Shown one piece after another: positions 62,975 to 64,000 of a stretch of DNA of 64,000 nt. The notes below the pieces were generated by a model, which ran no database searches, was not told the DNA's origin, and saw nothing but the letters and a program-made list of their open reading frames with translations. Source of the stretch: a virus; IMG/VR virus record IMGVR_UViG_3300029208_000007; one strand, given 5' to 3'. Position 1 is the first letter of the stretch; each line of letters opens with the position of its first letter. The position numbers were made by a program, and so were the translations under genes.

Positions 62975-63331
62975 GTGACAGAACAGGAAAAGAAAGAACT
63001 TTTGGACGAACTTGAAAAGCGCATTGACGAAAAATACAAAGGTTGCCTTACCAGAGAAGACGTTGCAACCACATTAAAGACACCAAGAGAAAAGTGGTTC
63101 AGAGATGAGAAAGGAAGCGGAAGAGGCTCTCTAATGACGGATGCTTTTGATTCTTCCATTATCTCATGGCAGGTCTGGGAAACAATCAGAAAGTTGGCTT
63201 GTGTTATCTGCGGTAAGCAGTATGTTAGACAGCTTGCAAATGTAGAAAACGCAGATGAGGTAGCAGAGAAACTTTGCCAGTTCGTTTATGATTTGAAGAT
63301 GGATTTTAAGAAACAGGAGGGTACGGAATGA
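62975..63331 (+). CDS. hypothetical protein
   Basis: GTG start after GTGAGGA. Confidence 0.45.
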   Translation: MTEQEKKELLDELEKRIDEKYKGCLTREDVATTLKTPREKWFRDEKGSGRGSLMTDAFDSSIISWQVWETIRKLACVICGKQYVRQLANVENADEVAEKLCQFVYDLKMDFKKQEGTE

Positions 63332-63774
63332 GAAAGTACACAATAAATCTTCCAAGAGGACTGGAAGTGGATATTTTCAATCTGCCAGAGGACTTCAAAG
63401 AGCAGGTTGAGCAGGCATTCAGAGAGTATACATCTGGAACAGCAAAAGCATATATGTACGTTGACAAGTTGGGATTCATTGACCGTTGCGTAGAATGCCT
63501 GAACGGTAATGAGGATTCAGATAAGGTTGTAAATTCACTGGTTGAAGAAGCGATGATTGCCGAATGGAGAAATAATGGTGAAATTATTAAGGAAGATGAT
63601 ATATACAGTTTTGAATTTATGGAAGATTGCTACAAGAAAGGCAAGGAAGATGCAAAACTGGACTCTCATTTCGGAACTGACAATCATCACATTTACGACC
63701 AGATTCAGAAAGTTCTGGTGCAGGTAATTACAATTGTAATGAATTATGAGGATAAGGAGGACGCAAAATGTTAA
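63328..63774 (+). CDS. hypothetical protein
   Basis: ORF with an overlapping start. Confidence 0.5.
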   Translation: MRKYTINLPRGLEVDIFNLPEDFKEQVEQAFREYTSGTAKAYMYVDKLGFIDRCVECLNGNEDSDKVVNSLVEEAMIAEWRNNGEIIKEDDIYSFEFMEDCYKKGKEDAKLDSHFGTDNHHIYDQIQKVLVQVITIVMNYEDKEDAKC

Positions 63775-64000
63775 TCAGAAGTCAGAATAAGATATCTCTG
63801 GTAAAGTTTGAGAATATTGTTATAAACATCAACAATATCAATGGCAAAGAAATCATTTGTTGGAGTCAGATGAATCCAGGAGAAGATGAATATATTTCAT
63901 TGGGTCATTATTCCGCCAAAGCAAAAGCCATGAAAGTACTGGATATGATTCAGGAAGCCTGCATAAACGGACATATTGATTTCCAGATGCCAGAAGATTC
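63768..64000 (+). CDS. hypothetical protein (3' partial, runs off window)
   Basis: ATG at 63768 follows AAGGAGG. The frame stays open to the window end. Confidence 0.45.
   Translation, partial: MLIRSQNKISLVKFENIVININNINGKEIICWSQMNPGEDEYISLGHYSAKAKAMKVLDMIQEACINGHIDFQMPED

Overview
The window is almost entirely one tailed, temperate-type phage or prophage genome from a low-GC Gram-positive host. This call rests on GGAGG-type RBSs, AT-rich codon usage and Clostridia-like gene families. Nearly all real genes are on the + strand.

Gene order:
- 0.1-1.1 kb: AT-rich tract and a gp3-like small terminase.
- 1.4-4.5 kb: accessory block with an XRE regulator, a small serine recombinase and an RHH protein.
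- 4.7-11.9 kb: an RNA-centred block. It holds five tRNAs plus several aberrant tRNA-like genes around a DUF2828/TROVE-like vWA protein, small Cys-rich ORFs, an ATP-dependent ligase-like nucleotidyltransferase and RtcB.
- 12-18.5 kb: terL, a DUF1492-like regulator, portal, scaffold and capsid.
- 18.6-25.9 kb: an atypical island inside the morphogenesis module. It contains an XhlA-like protein, low-complexity and Cys-rich proteins, two mini HExxH proteins, a pectate-lyase-type tailspike and a Panacea-domain toxin-antitoxin (TA) pair.
- 25.9-42.1 kb: head-tail joining and tail genes, with a holin, a frameshifted chaperone pair, a tape measure, an inserted HNH/wHTH/DUF1653 block, a Tal-like 1322-aa protein and a fibre.
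- 42.1-43.6 kb: GH25 endolysin.
- 43.7-46.9 kb: minus-strand moron block with an orphan LytTR regulator and secreted proteins.
- 47.0-47.6 kb: cI/cro-type switch with three operators.
- 47.6-64 kb: early, recombination and replication genes (ORF6N antirepressor, OB-fold protein, Rad50-like ATPase, RecT, SSB, GIY-YIG, MBL).
- 56.3-59.1 kb: a complete diversity-generating retroelement (DGR) with two diversified targets.

Most notable observations:
- the tRNA / tRNA-like / vWA / two-ligase block;
- the DGR;
- a thrice-repeated late regulatory cassette;
- a probable -1 frameshift extension of the capsid protein;
- a purine-rich degenerate-repeat region;
- a Panacea TA pair.

All functional calls come from motif recognition by eye. 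No database search was run.
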